Assembly: GCF_014639795.1 (NCBI RefSeq)
Contig: NZ_BMGC01000009.1
Span: forward strand, 129,298 to 153,297
Length of the DNA: 24,000 nucleotides
Direction of reading: 5' to 3'
From: Gordonia jinhuaensis
GTDB lineage: Bacteria; Actinomycetota; Actinomycetes; Mycobacteriales; Mycobacteriaceae
The translations under genes were made by a program, and so were the position numbers. Below, one piece after another: positions 6,519 through 14,292 of the stretch (positions are counted from its first letter, which is position 1; each line of letters starts with the position of its first letter). Below the pieces are notes generated by a model. That model saw only the letters and a program-made list of their open reading frames with translations, was not told the DNA's origin and did no database searches.

Positions 6519-8111
6519 ATGACACCGAGCGGGTCTGAGTCTGGCGGGTCGCAGGGCGACCAGGGTGAGGGCCACGGGCGTTCCGGTGAGCCCCACGAGG
6601 GTGCTCACAGCTCGGATTCGTCCCCCTCGAATTCGCCCACTTTGAATTCACCACAGTCGCACGGCCAGGGGCCCTATCCCCAGACCCCGTACCCGCCGTC
6701 GTCCTACCAGCAATCCCCGTATCCGAACTCGCCGTATCAGCAGTCGTCCTACGGCCAGCAGGGGTCGACGTCGCAGTTCCCCGCCTACGGTTATCAACCC
6801 GGCCAGCAGGGCGACCAGTCCGGCCAGTCGGGCTACGGATACTCGACCACTCCGCAGCAGGGCTTCGGCGGTCATGGCGGCACGGGCAACGGCGGCTACG
6901 GCGGCACTCAACCAGGCGGCGGTCAACCAGGCGGCACTCAACCAGGCAGCGGCCACCCCGGCGAGGGCGATTTCGGTGACGGGGGCTCGAGAGGCACCAA
7001 GTCCGGCAAGTCGCGGGCCCCGCTGATCGTCGGACTGGTCGCAGCCTGTGCGGTCGCCGGCGTGATCGGTGGTCTCGTGGGCGCCAACATCAACGACAAC
7101 GACAACTCGTCGAACTCATCCTCACGTGGATCGAATGTGGTCCTCGGCGGCGACGTCGATTCCAGCCAGCCCGCCGCGGCGCCTGCGGGATCGGTCCAGG
7201 CGGTGGCCTCGAAGGTGCTGCCGTCGGTGGTCTCCATCGACGTGCGTTCGGCCTCGGCTGCCGGTGAGGGTTCGGGTGTGGTGCTCTCGCCCGACGGCGT
7301 GATCCTCACCAACAACCACGTGGTGTCCGGTGCGGGCAGCAACGCCCAGATCGTCGTGAGCTTCAGCGACGGCAGCCGTTCGCCGGCCACGGTCGAGGGC
7401 ACCGACCCGATCTCCGACATCGCCGTGATCAAGGTCGACAAGTCCGGACTCACCCCCATCGACATCGGCACCTCGGGGAACCTCGCCGTGGGTCAGAGCG
7501 TCGTGGCCGTGGGCTCACCCCTCGGACTCGCCGGGACGGTCACCAGCGGCATCATCAGCGCGCTGAATCGACCCGTCTCGTCGCAGGGCGAGGAGACGGG
7601 GACGGCCTCGGTGATCGACGCGATTCAGACAGATGCGGCGATCAATCCGGGCAACTCCGGCGGCGCTCTGGTCAACATGAACGGTGCGCTGATAGGAATC
7701 AACACAGCGATCGCGAGCCTGGGCGGCGACCAATCCTCGCAGTCGGGCAGCATCGGCCTCGGTTTCGCCATTCCGGTCGACCAGGCGATGCGCGTCGCCA
7801 AGGAGCTTGAGTCAACAGGCAAGGCGACGCAGGCGGGACTGGGCGTGTCGGTGCGGGCCAACGGCTCGGCGGCCGACAACGGTGCGGTGATCACCGACGT
7901 GACCGCCGGTGGTGCCGCGGCGAAGGCCGGTATCCCGCGCGGTGCGGTGGTCACCCGCGTCGACGATCGCGTGATCACCAACGGCGATGCACTCGTGGCC
8001 GCGATCCGGTCGCACGCACCGGGCGACCAGGTGTCGATCACCTACACCACCGGCGGTCAGACCAAGACCGTGAAAGTCACCCTGGACACACTCGAAGTCG
8101 GAGGACGATGA
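6519..8111 (+). CDS. pepD: HtrA-family membrane serine protease PepD (trypsin-like domain + PDZ)
   Basis: Catalytic triad contexts TNNHVV (His), DIAVIKV (Asp) and GNSGGALV (Ser). C-terminal PDZ-like region (ITDVTAGGAAAKAGIPRGAVVTRVDD). Single TM helix APLIVGLVAACAVAGVIGGLVGA. Start taken as ATG 6519 (GAGGA 4 nt upstream); GTG 6483 is also possible. Confidence 0.88.
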   Translation: MTPSGSESGGSQGDQGEGHGRSGEPHEGAHSSDSSPSNSPTLNSPQSHGQGPYPQTPYPPSSYQQSPYPNSPYQQSSYGQQGSTSQFPAYGYQPGQQGDQSGQSGYGYSTTPQQGFGGHGGTGNGGYGGTQPGGGQPGGTQPGSGHPGEGDFGDGGSRGTKSGKSRAPLIVGLVAACAVAGVIGGLVGANINDNDNSSNSSSRGSNVVLGGDVDSSQPAAAPAGSVQAVASKVLPSVVSIDVRSASAAGEGSGVVLSPDGVILTNNHVVSGAGSNAQIVVSFSDGSRSPATVEGTDPISDIAVIKVDKSGLTPIDIGTSGNLAVGQSVVAVGSPLGLAGTVTSGIISALNRPVSSQGEETGTASVIDAIQTDAAINPGNSGGALVNMNGALIGINTAIASLGGDQSSQSGSIGLGFAIPVDQAMRVAKELESTGKATQAGLGVSVRANGSAADNGAVITDVTAGGAAAKAGIPRGAVVTRVDDRVITNGDALVAAIRSHAPGDQVSITYTTGGQTKTVKVTLDTLEVGGR

Positions 8112-8767
8112 CGATGATCGATCATGACGCAGTGGCACAGCGCAACGCACCGTCGCCGTTGGCAGATGTCCTCGACATCAGTGCCGATCTGGGCTCGGTG
8201 AGCGACCGCGACGTCGCCGAGGCCGATCGGGCCGCACTGAGGTTGGCCGCTGTCGACGGGGATATCGACGACGAAGCGGCACTCGGCGGTGGCGACCTGC
8301 CGCGTGCGCTGGTGGTGATCGTCGACGACCGTGCCGCGCACGGTGAGGATCAGTCGCTGCTCGGACCGCTGGTGGGGGAGCTGCTCGAGGAGGCCGGCTT
8401 CCACGTGGACGCCACCGTCGCGGTCGCCGCCGACGAGATCGACGTGCGCAATGCACTCAACACCGCGGTCATCGGTGGCGTGGATCTGGTGGTGTCGGTG
8501 GGCGGCGTGGGCTCGGGTCCCCGCGACGTGACTCCCGAGGCCACAGCCCCGTTGCTGGACAAGGAGATTCCGGGCATCGGCGAGGCGATCCGCAGTTCGG
8601 GTCTGGCTGCCGGTGCGACGGATGCGGGACTGTCTCGCGGTCTGGCCGGGATCTCCGGACAGACCCTCGTGGTGAACCTGGCGAATTCGCGCGCGGCCGT
8701 GCGCGATGGCATGGCAACGGTCACGCCGTTGGCCTCCCATGTCATCGCGTCCATCAGTGACTTCTGA
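8108..8767 (+). CDS. moaB2: MoaB/MogA-family molybdenum cofactor biosynthesis protein
   Basis: The MoCF_biosynth core runs from RALVVIVDDR to GGVDLVVSVGGVGSGPRDVTPEAT...PGIGEAIR...VVNLANSRAAVRDG. Position after pepD matches Rv0984. ATG overlaps the pepD stop (ATGA). About 55 aa of acidic N-terminal extension, so the true start could be further in. Confidence 0.8.
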   Translation: MTMIDHDAVAQRNAPSPLADVLDISADLGSVSDRDVAEADRAALRLAAVDGDIDDEAALGGGDLPRALVVIVDDRAAHGEDQSLLGPLVGELLEEAGFHVDATVAVAADEIDVRNALNTAVIGGVDLVVSVGGVGSGPRDVTPEATAPLLDKEIPGIGEAIRSSGLAAGATDAGLSRGLAGISGQTLVVNLANSRAAVRDGMATVTPLASHVIASISDF

Positions 8768-9044
8768 CCCCAGCGAGGAGCAGGCGTATCCGACCGGCGA
8801 GTCCACGGATACGCCCGATTCCGCACGCACTCGCGATCCAGTCGCCGACACCGAGAAGTCCCAGAAGATGGACGCCGACCGTGCGTGGGAACGACGCCGC
8901 CGGGTGGCCCGGATCTTCGGTGAGGGACTGCCCGAGACAACTCGCGAAGAGCGCGAGCGCAATAGAAGTGATGAAGATCACAGTGCAGGCGGGAAGCGCG
9001 GCGAGGATTGGTACCGCCGTAATATTCCGCCGCACCACATTTGA
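8739..9044 (+). CDS. Small hypothetical protein (charged; C-terminal WYRRNIPPHH)
   Basis: ORF in a different frame overlapping the moaB2 3' end. Codon third positions are mostly G/C. Sequence MSSRPSVTSDPSEEQ...RAWERRRRVARIFGEGLPETTREERE...DWYRRNIPPHHI. Start could be ATG 8739 or GTG 8757. No family recognised with certainty. Confidence 0.45.
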   Translation: MSSRPSVTSDPSEEQAYPTGESTDTPDSARTRDPVADTEKSQKMDADRAWERRRRVARIFGEGLPETTREERERNRSDEDHSAGGKRGEDWYRRNIPPHHI

Positions 9045-9441
9045 GTTGTCACAGGCTGTTTGTCTAGGACCTTTGTGTTTGCCTGGAGTTAACCTCGCGT
9101 AATTTACTATCGCGTAGATCGGACCGCTGCCCGGCGCGGAGCGTGTCGTTTACCTGACCGACTCGCGGTGGACCTAACTGTTGTCGCCAGTGCTTGCGAC
9201 AGCTAACGTACCGCGATGCAGGACCCGTTCTCTCGAACCGACGAGCGGGTTCCCGTCTCACGCGGACCGCGATCGGTGTGCGTGAAGCGATTTGGGGGTT
9301 TAGGGGAATTTACGTGCCGGTAACACGCATGATCCATGCCTGTTAATTCGCCCGGTGGAGGATTTCGCGGAGCCAACAAGTCATCCCGAGCTCGCTTTTC
9401 GGTGGAGCGCGGTTACACAGCAATCCTGTGAGAGGGAACGA

Positions 9442-10053
9442 ATGAGCAAGTTCAGCAAGGTGGGTCTGCGTCGCGTCGTTGGCGCGAGCGCGGTCGCGGC
9501 CGCCGCAGCCGTGGGCCTGGCCAGCATGGGAGCGGGCAACGCTGCAGCTGCGTCGCTGCCCAATGGCAGCAAGGTCACGGTGGGTGTCGACGGCACCAAG
9601 ATCGTCCTGAAGCGCACCGGCGAGTCGGCGTACTCGATCCCGTCCCTGGAGTCCAACGGCGCCGGCCGTACCGCTCTGCTGTCGGGCCACTACACCGCGT
9701 CCGCGCCTAAGGGCACTGACGTGTCGTTGTCGGTGGGTGTCGCGGTCGGTTGCCAGGTGGACATCAGCGGTCTCTCGAGCAACTTTGGCGCCAGTGTCAA
9801 CCTGCTCGCTCTGACAGGCAACGCCTCCTTGGGCTTGACTGCTCCGATCACGCCCGGTCAAGCCGGCACGGCAAGCGTTGATGGCGCGGAAGCCGCCAAG
9901 GGTGGCACCGCGACAGTTGACGTCAGCGACTACCAGATCTACCTGCCCACCTGCGCCGGTTACGCACAGGCGCGTACCTTCATCACGGCAACGGTCACCG
10001 GTAACTACTACGTGACGTCCACTCTGTGGGGCGCACCGTTCAGCTTGACCTAA
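9442..10053 (+). CDS. MspA-family mycomembrane porin, paralogue 1
   Basis: 203 aa. Signal peptide MSKFSKVGLRRVVGASAVAAAAAVGLASMGAGNAAA. The mature part is beta-rich, with VGCQVD (compare MspA LGYQIGFP) and C-terminal CAGYAQARTFITATV...LWGAPFSLT (compare MspA GGVLLRPFARLIAS...TYGEPWNMN). GAGAGGGAA RBS before ATG 9442. The track ORF start at 9355 would bury the signal peptide. Confidence 0.72.
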   Translation: MSKFSKVGLRRVVGASAVAAAAAVGLASMGAGNAAAASLPNGSKVTVGVDGTKIVLKRTGESAYSIPSLESNGAGRTALLSGHYTASAPKGTDVSLSVGVAVGCQVDISGLSSNFGASVNLLALTGNASLGLTAPITPGQAGTASVDGAEAAKGGTATVDVSDYQIYLPTCAGYAQARTFITATVTGNYYVTSTLWGAPFSLT

Positions 10054-10131
10054 TCTGCAGCAGATAAGTCCACCTCGACAATCTTGAATTCTTATCTGCC
10101 GCAAGCAGATTGATATTCCGTAAGGGGAATC

Positions 10132-10863
10132 ATGAAGAAGACCACTGCGCGTCGCGCAACCGCTGCTGTCGGGCTCGCCGGCGCAGCGGCCGTCACCGCC
10201 GTGAGCCTCGGCGCCGGCAACGCCGCGGCCTGGGGCAACACTGCCTCGGTACCCGACGCGACCCTCACGAAGACCGTGAGCGGCCTTACCGTCAAGGCTA
10301 AGCTGTTCGACCAGTCCGTCACCTACGCTCGTCCGATCACCACCCTGCCGACCCTGCGCGACGTGTGGGCCTCGGGCAAGATCAGCGTTGAGGTCTCCGG
10401 GGGAGACGTCAAGGGTGGCAAGATCGCATCCGGTTATCTCGTCGGTTGCCAGGTTAACTTCGGTGCCAGCGCGGAGGGCGATGGCGGCTACGACGTATCC
10501 CCCGAGACCACCGGTGGTGGAGTGTCGGGCGGTGAGTCTGTCCCTGTCACCAACACGGGCAACTACACCGGCTCGCCGAGCGCGTCCGGCAAGGCTGGCT
10601 TCACCCTCGGCCCCGGCACCACCAAAAAGGTGTTCCTGATCGATAACACCAATGGTGATCTGAGCCCCGATGCCGACAACTACCACAGCTACGGCAACCC
10701 GTTCACCGGGAACAAGGCTGGAATTGCCTACAGTCAGCAAGAGTTCAGTTACGACGGCTGCGCCGGCTACGCACAGGCCAAGGCCTTCGTGACGGTCAAG
10801 GTGACCACCGACAACACCACCGCGAATCTCACCTTCTACAGCAAGCCCTTCAGCCTCGGCTGA
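10132..10863 (+). CDS. MspA-family mycomembrane porin, paralogue 2
   Basis: 243 aa. Signal peptide ending GAGNAAA as in paralogue 1. LRDVWASGKISVEVSG (compare MspA TREWFHSGRAKYIVAG), SGYLVGCQVNFG, and CAGYAQAKAFVTVKV...FYSKPFSLG. AAGGGGA RBS 3 nt upstream. Confidence 0.78.
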   Translation: MKKTTARRATAAVGLAGAAAVTAVSLGAGNAAAWGNTASVPDATLTKTVSGLTVKAKLFDQSVTYARPITTLPTLRDVWASGKISVEVSGGDVKGGKIASGYLVGCQVNFGASAEGDGGYDVSPETTGGGVSGGESVPVTNTGNYTGSPSASGKAGFTLGPGTTKKVFLIDNTNGDLSPDADNYHSYGNPFTGNKAGIAYSQQEFSYDGCAGYAQAKAFVTVKVTTDNTTANLTFYSKPFSLG

Positions 10864-10885
10864 TCTGCTGCGATCGACATTCGCG

Positions 10886-10927
10886 AAATCGGGCGGAATC
10901 CCTCGGGATTCCGCCCGATTTGTGTTG
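10886..10927 (+). terminator. Rho-independent terminator after porin pair
   Basis: Perfect 17-nt arms AAATCGGGCGGAATCCC / GGGATTCCGCCCGATTT, followed by GTGTTG. Confidence 0.8.
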
Positions 10928-11042
10928 TCGGCGGATTCATTCGAGACCACCCATTGTCCATTCGGCTGGTCTGCGAGCCTAGGGTCTGGTTGGATAACTC
11001 TCGGACGGTCGGGGGTTCGATGACGAACACGTGGAGGATTGT

Positions 11043-12089
11043 GTGAAGGCTCGGGATCTCATTTCCCGTTGGCGCACGGGCCGTTCGATGACCGTGGCGG
11101 TTCTCGCAGCGACTCTGGTCGCCACCACCGGTGCCCTGGTCACCCCGGCAGCAGCGAATGCTGCGCCTGTCAGTGCGGGTGCCACCGCGCCCGACGGATC
11201 CAAGCTCACCAGCGCCGTACAGAACGGGCAGAGTGCGAGCCTCACGGTCCACTCGGCCGCGATGAACCGCGATATTCCGCTCGATGTTCTGCTGCCGCAT
11301 GATCGTTCGAAGCCGCGTCCCACCCTCTATCTGCTCAACGGTGCCGGTGGCGGTGAAGATGCGGCCACCTGGCTCAAACAGTCCGATGCGGCCACCTTCT
11401 TCGCGAACAAGAACGTCAACGTCGTGATCCCTGAGGCGGGTGCCTTCACCTACTACACCGACTGGATCCGCGACGATCCGGAACTCGGTCGCAACAAGTG
11501 GGAGACCTTCCTGACCGCTGAGCTGCCGCCGATCATCAACTCGGCTCTGGGCGCAAACGGCACCAACGCGATCGCCGGTATTTCGTCGTCGGCCACGTCG
11601 GTGCTCAACATGGTGATCCACCACCGTGACCTGTACAGGGCAGTCGGGTCCTACAGCGGCTGTGCGGCATCCTCATCGCCGCAGGGACACTTCTACATCC
11701 AGGCCGTGGTGAGTGGCCGTGGCGGTGGTGACACCGACAACATGTGGGGCAAGTTCCCCGGCCCGCTGTGGACCCGCAACGACGCCGTGGTCAACGCAGA
11801 GGGACTGCGCGGCAAGGCGATCTACATCTCGAACGCGACCGGACTCCCGGGCAAGTACGACAACCCATCCTACGTGCCCGATCCGGTTCGTCTGGGCGAT
11901 CAGCTGGTGATCGGCGGCATCATCGAGGCCGCCACCCGTCAGTGCACTCAGATGCTCGTCGACAAGCTGCAGTCCCTGCACATCCCGGCGCACTACAACT
12001 TCCCGGCCGGCGGAACGCACTCGTGGAACTACTGGCAGGACCAGCTGCACTGGTCGTGGCCGGTACTGGGCAAGGCGATCGGTGCCTGA
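11043..12089 (+). CDS. Secreted esterase-D/Ag85-family protein (mycoloyltransferase-like)
   Basis: Signal peptide (MKARDLISRWRTGRSMTVAVLAATLVATTGALVTPAAANA). Ag85-like blocks LYLLNGAGGG, VVIPEAG.FTYYTDW, NKWETFLTAELP, nucleophile context AIAGISSSATS and His context GGTHSWNYWQDQL. GGAGGA RBS 4 nt before GTG 11043. Confidence 0.8.
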   Translation: MKARDLISRWRTGRSMTVAVLAATLVATTGALVTPAAANAAPVSAGATAPDGSKLTSAVQNGQSASLTVHSAAMNRDIPLDVLLPHDRSKPRPTLYLLNGAGGGEDAATWLKQSDAATFFANKNVNVVIPEAGAFTYYTDWIRDDPELGRNKWETFLTAELPPIINSALGANGTNAIAGISSSATSVLNMVIHHRDLYRAVGSYSGCAASSSPQGHFYIQAVVSGRGGGDTDNMWGKFPGPLWTRNDAVVNAEGLRGKAIYISNATGLPGKYDNPSYVPDPVRLGDQLVIGGIIEAATRQCTQMLVDKLQSLHIPAHYNFPAGGTHSWNYWQDQLHWSWPVLGKAIGA

Positions 12090-12134
12090 TTCAGTCATCC
12101 GCCTGATCAAAGGTCACTGACTGAGCTCGACAAC

Positions 12135-12174
12135 ACGGTGGGCGTGATCCTCTGATGAGGGTCACGCCCACCGT
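12135..12174. terminator. Bidirectional hairpin between convergent genes
   Basis: 18-bp stem ACGGTGGGCGTGATCCTC / GAGGGTCACGCCCACCGT (one G.T) with loop TGAT. A second short hairpin GAGGCCG-GACTTT-CGGCCTC at 12229-12248 abuts the ABC gene stop. Confidence 0.65.
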
Positions 12175-12246
12175 CGTGTCGGGGTGCGCGCGCGAGGTCG
12201 GCCACGCGGAATTGTGCTCTCGATGTAGGAGGCCGGACTTTCGGCC

Positions 12247-14292
12247 TCAGGCGAACTGCGCGTTGTAGAGCCGCGTGTAGAGGCCGTCGGCGGCGAGCAA
12301 CTCCTCATGTGTGCCGTGCTCGACGATCCGGCCGTGATCGAGCACGAGGATCGCGTCGGCGCCGCGGATCGTCGAGAGCCGATGGGCCACGATGATGCTC
12401 GTGGTGGTGGCGTGTAGCCGGGCCAGTGCGTCCTGGATCAACATGTCAGTGCGCGAGTCGACCGAGCTGGTCGCCTCGTCGAGGATCAGCAGCCGCGGAC
12501 GCGCGGCCACAGCGCGTGCGATCGCGATGAGCTGACGTTCGCCCTCGCTCAGACTCGATGCGTCCTCGCCGATCTCGGTGTCGACGCCGTCGGGCAGTGC
12601 GGCCAGCACATGATCGGCGTGGCTGTAGGACACCGCCGCAGCCACCGCGGAGTCGGTCTGTGCACTGCGTGCCGCGACGTCGGCAGAGTAGTTGCCGGAC
12701 CTGTCGTCGCCAGACCTGCCAAGGATGGCCTCGATGCCCAGCGACCAGTCGCCGCGTGTGTGGATGCGCATGTTGTCGTCGCCGAAGCCGAAGGCGATGT
12801 TCTCGGCGACCGTTCCGGCAAACAACCAGTTGTCCTGGGTGACCAGCGCACACATCGCCCGCACCTGCGCCCGGCCGAGCACCGCGGTGTCAATGCCGTC
12901 GATGCGAATGGTTCCCGCATCGGGGTCATAGAAGCGCAGCAACAGATTCGTGAGGGTGGTCTTGCCGGCACCCGTGGGGCCGACGATGGCAGTGGTGGAA
13001 CCGGCAGGGATCGTCACGGTGAGGTCGCTGACGGCGTTGGCATGGTCGGCATCGGTAGTCGGCGACACCGAGGGATAGCCGAACGAGACTCCCTCAAATC
13101 TCACCTCGGGTGGACCGGCGCCTGGCGGCGGAGTGATCACAGCGTCGTCGACGGCCGGGTCGGATTCATCGGGGTTGGCCAGCAGTTCACGCACTCGGCG
13201 CAGTGACGCCGACCCGGACTGCAGTTCCCCGATCATCGCCGAGAGTGCGTTCACCGGTCCGTTGAACTGGCCGGAATAGTTCAGGAAGGCCTGCATCTGA
13301 CCCAGGGTGATCGCGCCCGAGACCACATGCAGCGCACCGATGATCGCCACCACGAGGTAGGCGGCGACCGAGACGAACTGCAGGAGTGGGCGGATCGCGC
13401 CCGACCACGATTGCGCGGTGCGCACCGCGGCCGCCTGACGGGTGTTGATCTCGTCGAAGCGGCGGCCGGCCGCGGGTGCGGCCCCGTAGATCTGCAGAGT
13501 CGGTCGCTCGACATAGGTTTCCTCGATATACGAGGTCAATTCCGCTGTCGCACGCCACTGTTCGACGAAGTGCGGTCGTGCGCGCCGGGCCATCACGATA
13601 CCGATCACCAGACTCAGCGGCACCGAGGCCACCACCACGAGGGTGAGTGTGCCGGAGATGATCGGCATGATCACGAGCACCGCCACGAGGGTGAGGATCG
13701 ACACGGGTAGCCGCACCAGCAGCGGTGAGATCACCGATGCCACGTTGTCGATGTCGTTGGTGACCCGGCTCAGCGTCTCGCCCCGCGCAGTGGTGTCGAG
13801 GTAGCTCACCGGCAGCCGCTGCAGCTTCTCTGACACATCGCGGCGTAGGCCGTGCACCGCGCGCTGGGTGATCCCGGTGAGCACACGCCCCTGGATCCAG
13901 CTGGTGAGCGATCCGATCAGGTACAGGGCCGCCAGCAGTGCGATCCAGAGCCAGAGTCGTTCGTAGTCGATGCCCATACCCGGTCGGACGCCCGCTTTGT
14001 CGAGCACGGTGGCCACCTTGTCGGCGCCGTGGGCACGCAGTGACGCGATCAGCTGCTCGGCCGAAATGCCGCCGGGCAGGTGTCGGCCGAGGGCGCCGGC
14101 GAAGATGACGTCGATGATGCGCGCCATCACCAGCGGCGCGCAGATCGAGGTCGCCACGTTCAGGCAGGCGAGGAGGGTCACCGCGACCATCCGGATGCGC
14201 TGGCCCGACAGTCGGCCGAACAACCAGCGGAAGCCGCCGCGGCCGTCGATGGATGCAGTGACCTTCGCAGTCGAGCTCGTGGCGGCGGTCAT
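12247..14292 (-). CDS. ABC exporter fused permease/ATPase subunit (canonical NBD catalytic motifs, degenerate signature LSEGE)
   Basis: 681 aa with six TM helices plus an NBD. Walker A GPTGAGKTT, Q-loop VTQD, signature LSEGERQ, Walker B LLILDEATS, H-loop IIVAHRLS. An extra segment of about 40 aa lies between the Q-loop and the signature. Start overlaps the stop of the upstream subunit (ATGA). Confidence 0.9.
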   Translation of the reverse strand: MTAATSSTAKVTASIDGRGGFRWLFGRLSGQRIRMVAVTLLACLNVATSICAPLVMARIIDVIFAGALGRHLPGGISAEQLIASLRAHGADKVATVLDKAGVRPGMGIDYERLWLWIALLAALYLIGSLTSWIQGRVLTGITQRAVHGLRRDVSEKLQRLPVSYLDTTARGETLSRVTNDIDNVASVISPLLVRLPVSILTLVAVLVIMPIISGTLTLVVVASVPLSLVIGIVMARRARPHFVEQWRATAELTSYIEETYVERPTLQIYGAAPAAGRRFDEINTRQAAAVRTAQSWSGAIRPLLQFVSVAAYLVVAIIGALHVVSGAITLGQMQAFLNYSGQFNGPVNALSAMIGELQSGSASLRRVRELLANPDESDPAVDDAVITPPPGAGPPEVRFEGVSFGYPSVSPTTDADHANAVSDLTVTIPAGSTTAIVGPTGAGKTTLTNLLLRFYDPDAGTIRIDGIDTAVLGRAQVRAMCALVTQDNWLFAGTVAENIAFGFGDDNMRIHTRGDWSLGIEAILGRSGDDRSGNYSADVAARSAQTDSAVAAAVSYSHADHVLAALPDGVDTEIGEDASSLSEGERQLIAIARAVAARPRLLILDEATSSVDSRTDMLIQDALARLHATTTSIIVAHRLSTIRGADAILVLDHGRIVEHGTHEELLAADGLYTRLYNAQFA

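Noticed and set aside
10057-10102. Imperfect inverted repeat GCAGCAGATAAG-N22-CTTATCTGCCGC between the two porin genes
   Set aside because: It has one A.C mismatch, a 22-nt loop and no U tract, so it is too weak to call a terminator or attenuator. It may just reflect the duplication history (similar ATCTGC(A/T)GC follows both stop codons).
10886-10921. Possible fourth, truncated member of the hairpin repeat family (terminator stem begins AAATCGGG and ends CCCGATTT, like the AAATCGGC...GCTGATTT base of the repeats)
   Set aside because: Only the basal 8 nt resemble the family and the conserved central GAGGGAAGATTGCCCTC segment is absent. It is better treated as an ordinary terminator unless a genome-wide model says otherwise.
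9343-10950. 535-aa minus-strand ORF spanning both porin genes, their intergenic region and the terminator
   Set aside because: It crosses a non-coding spacer and a terminator hairpin and has Gly/Arg/Ala-rich composition. The plus-strand genes have signal peptides, RBSs and MspA-like motifs.
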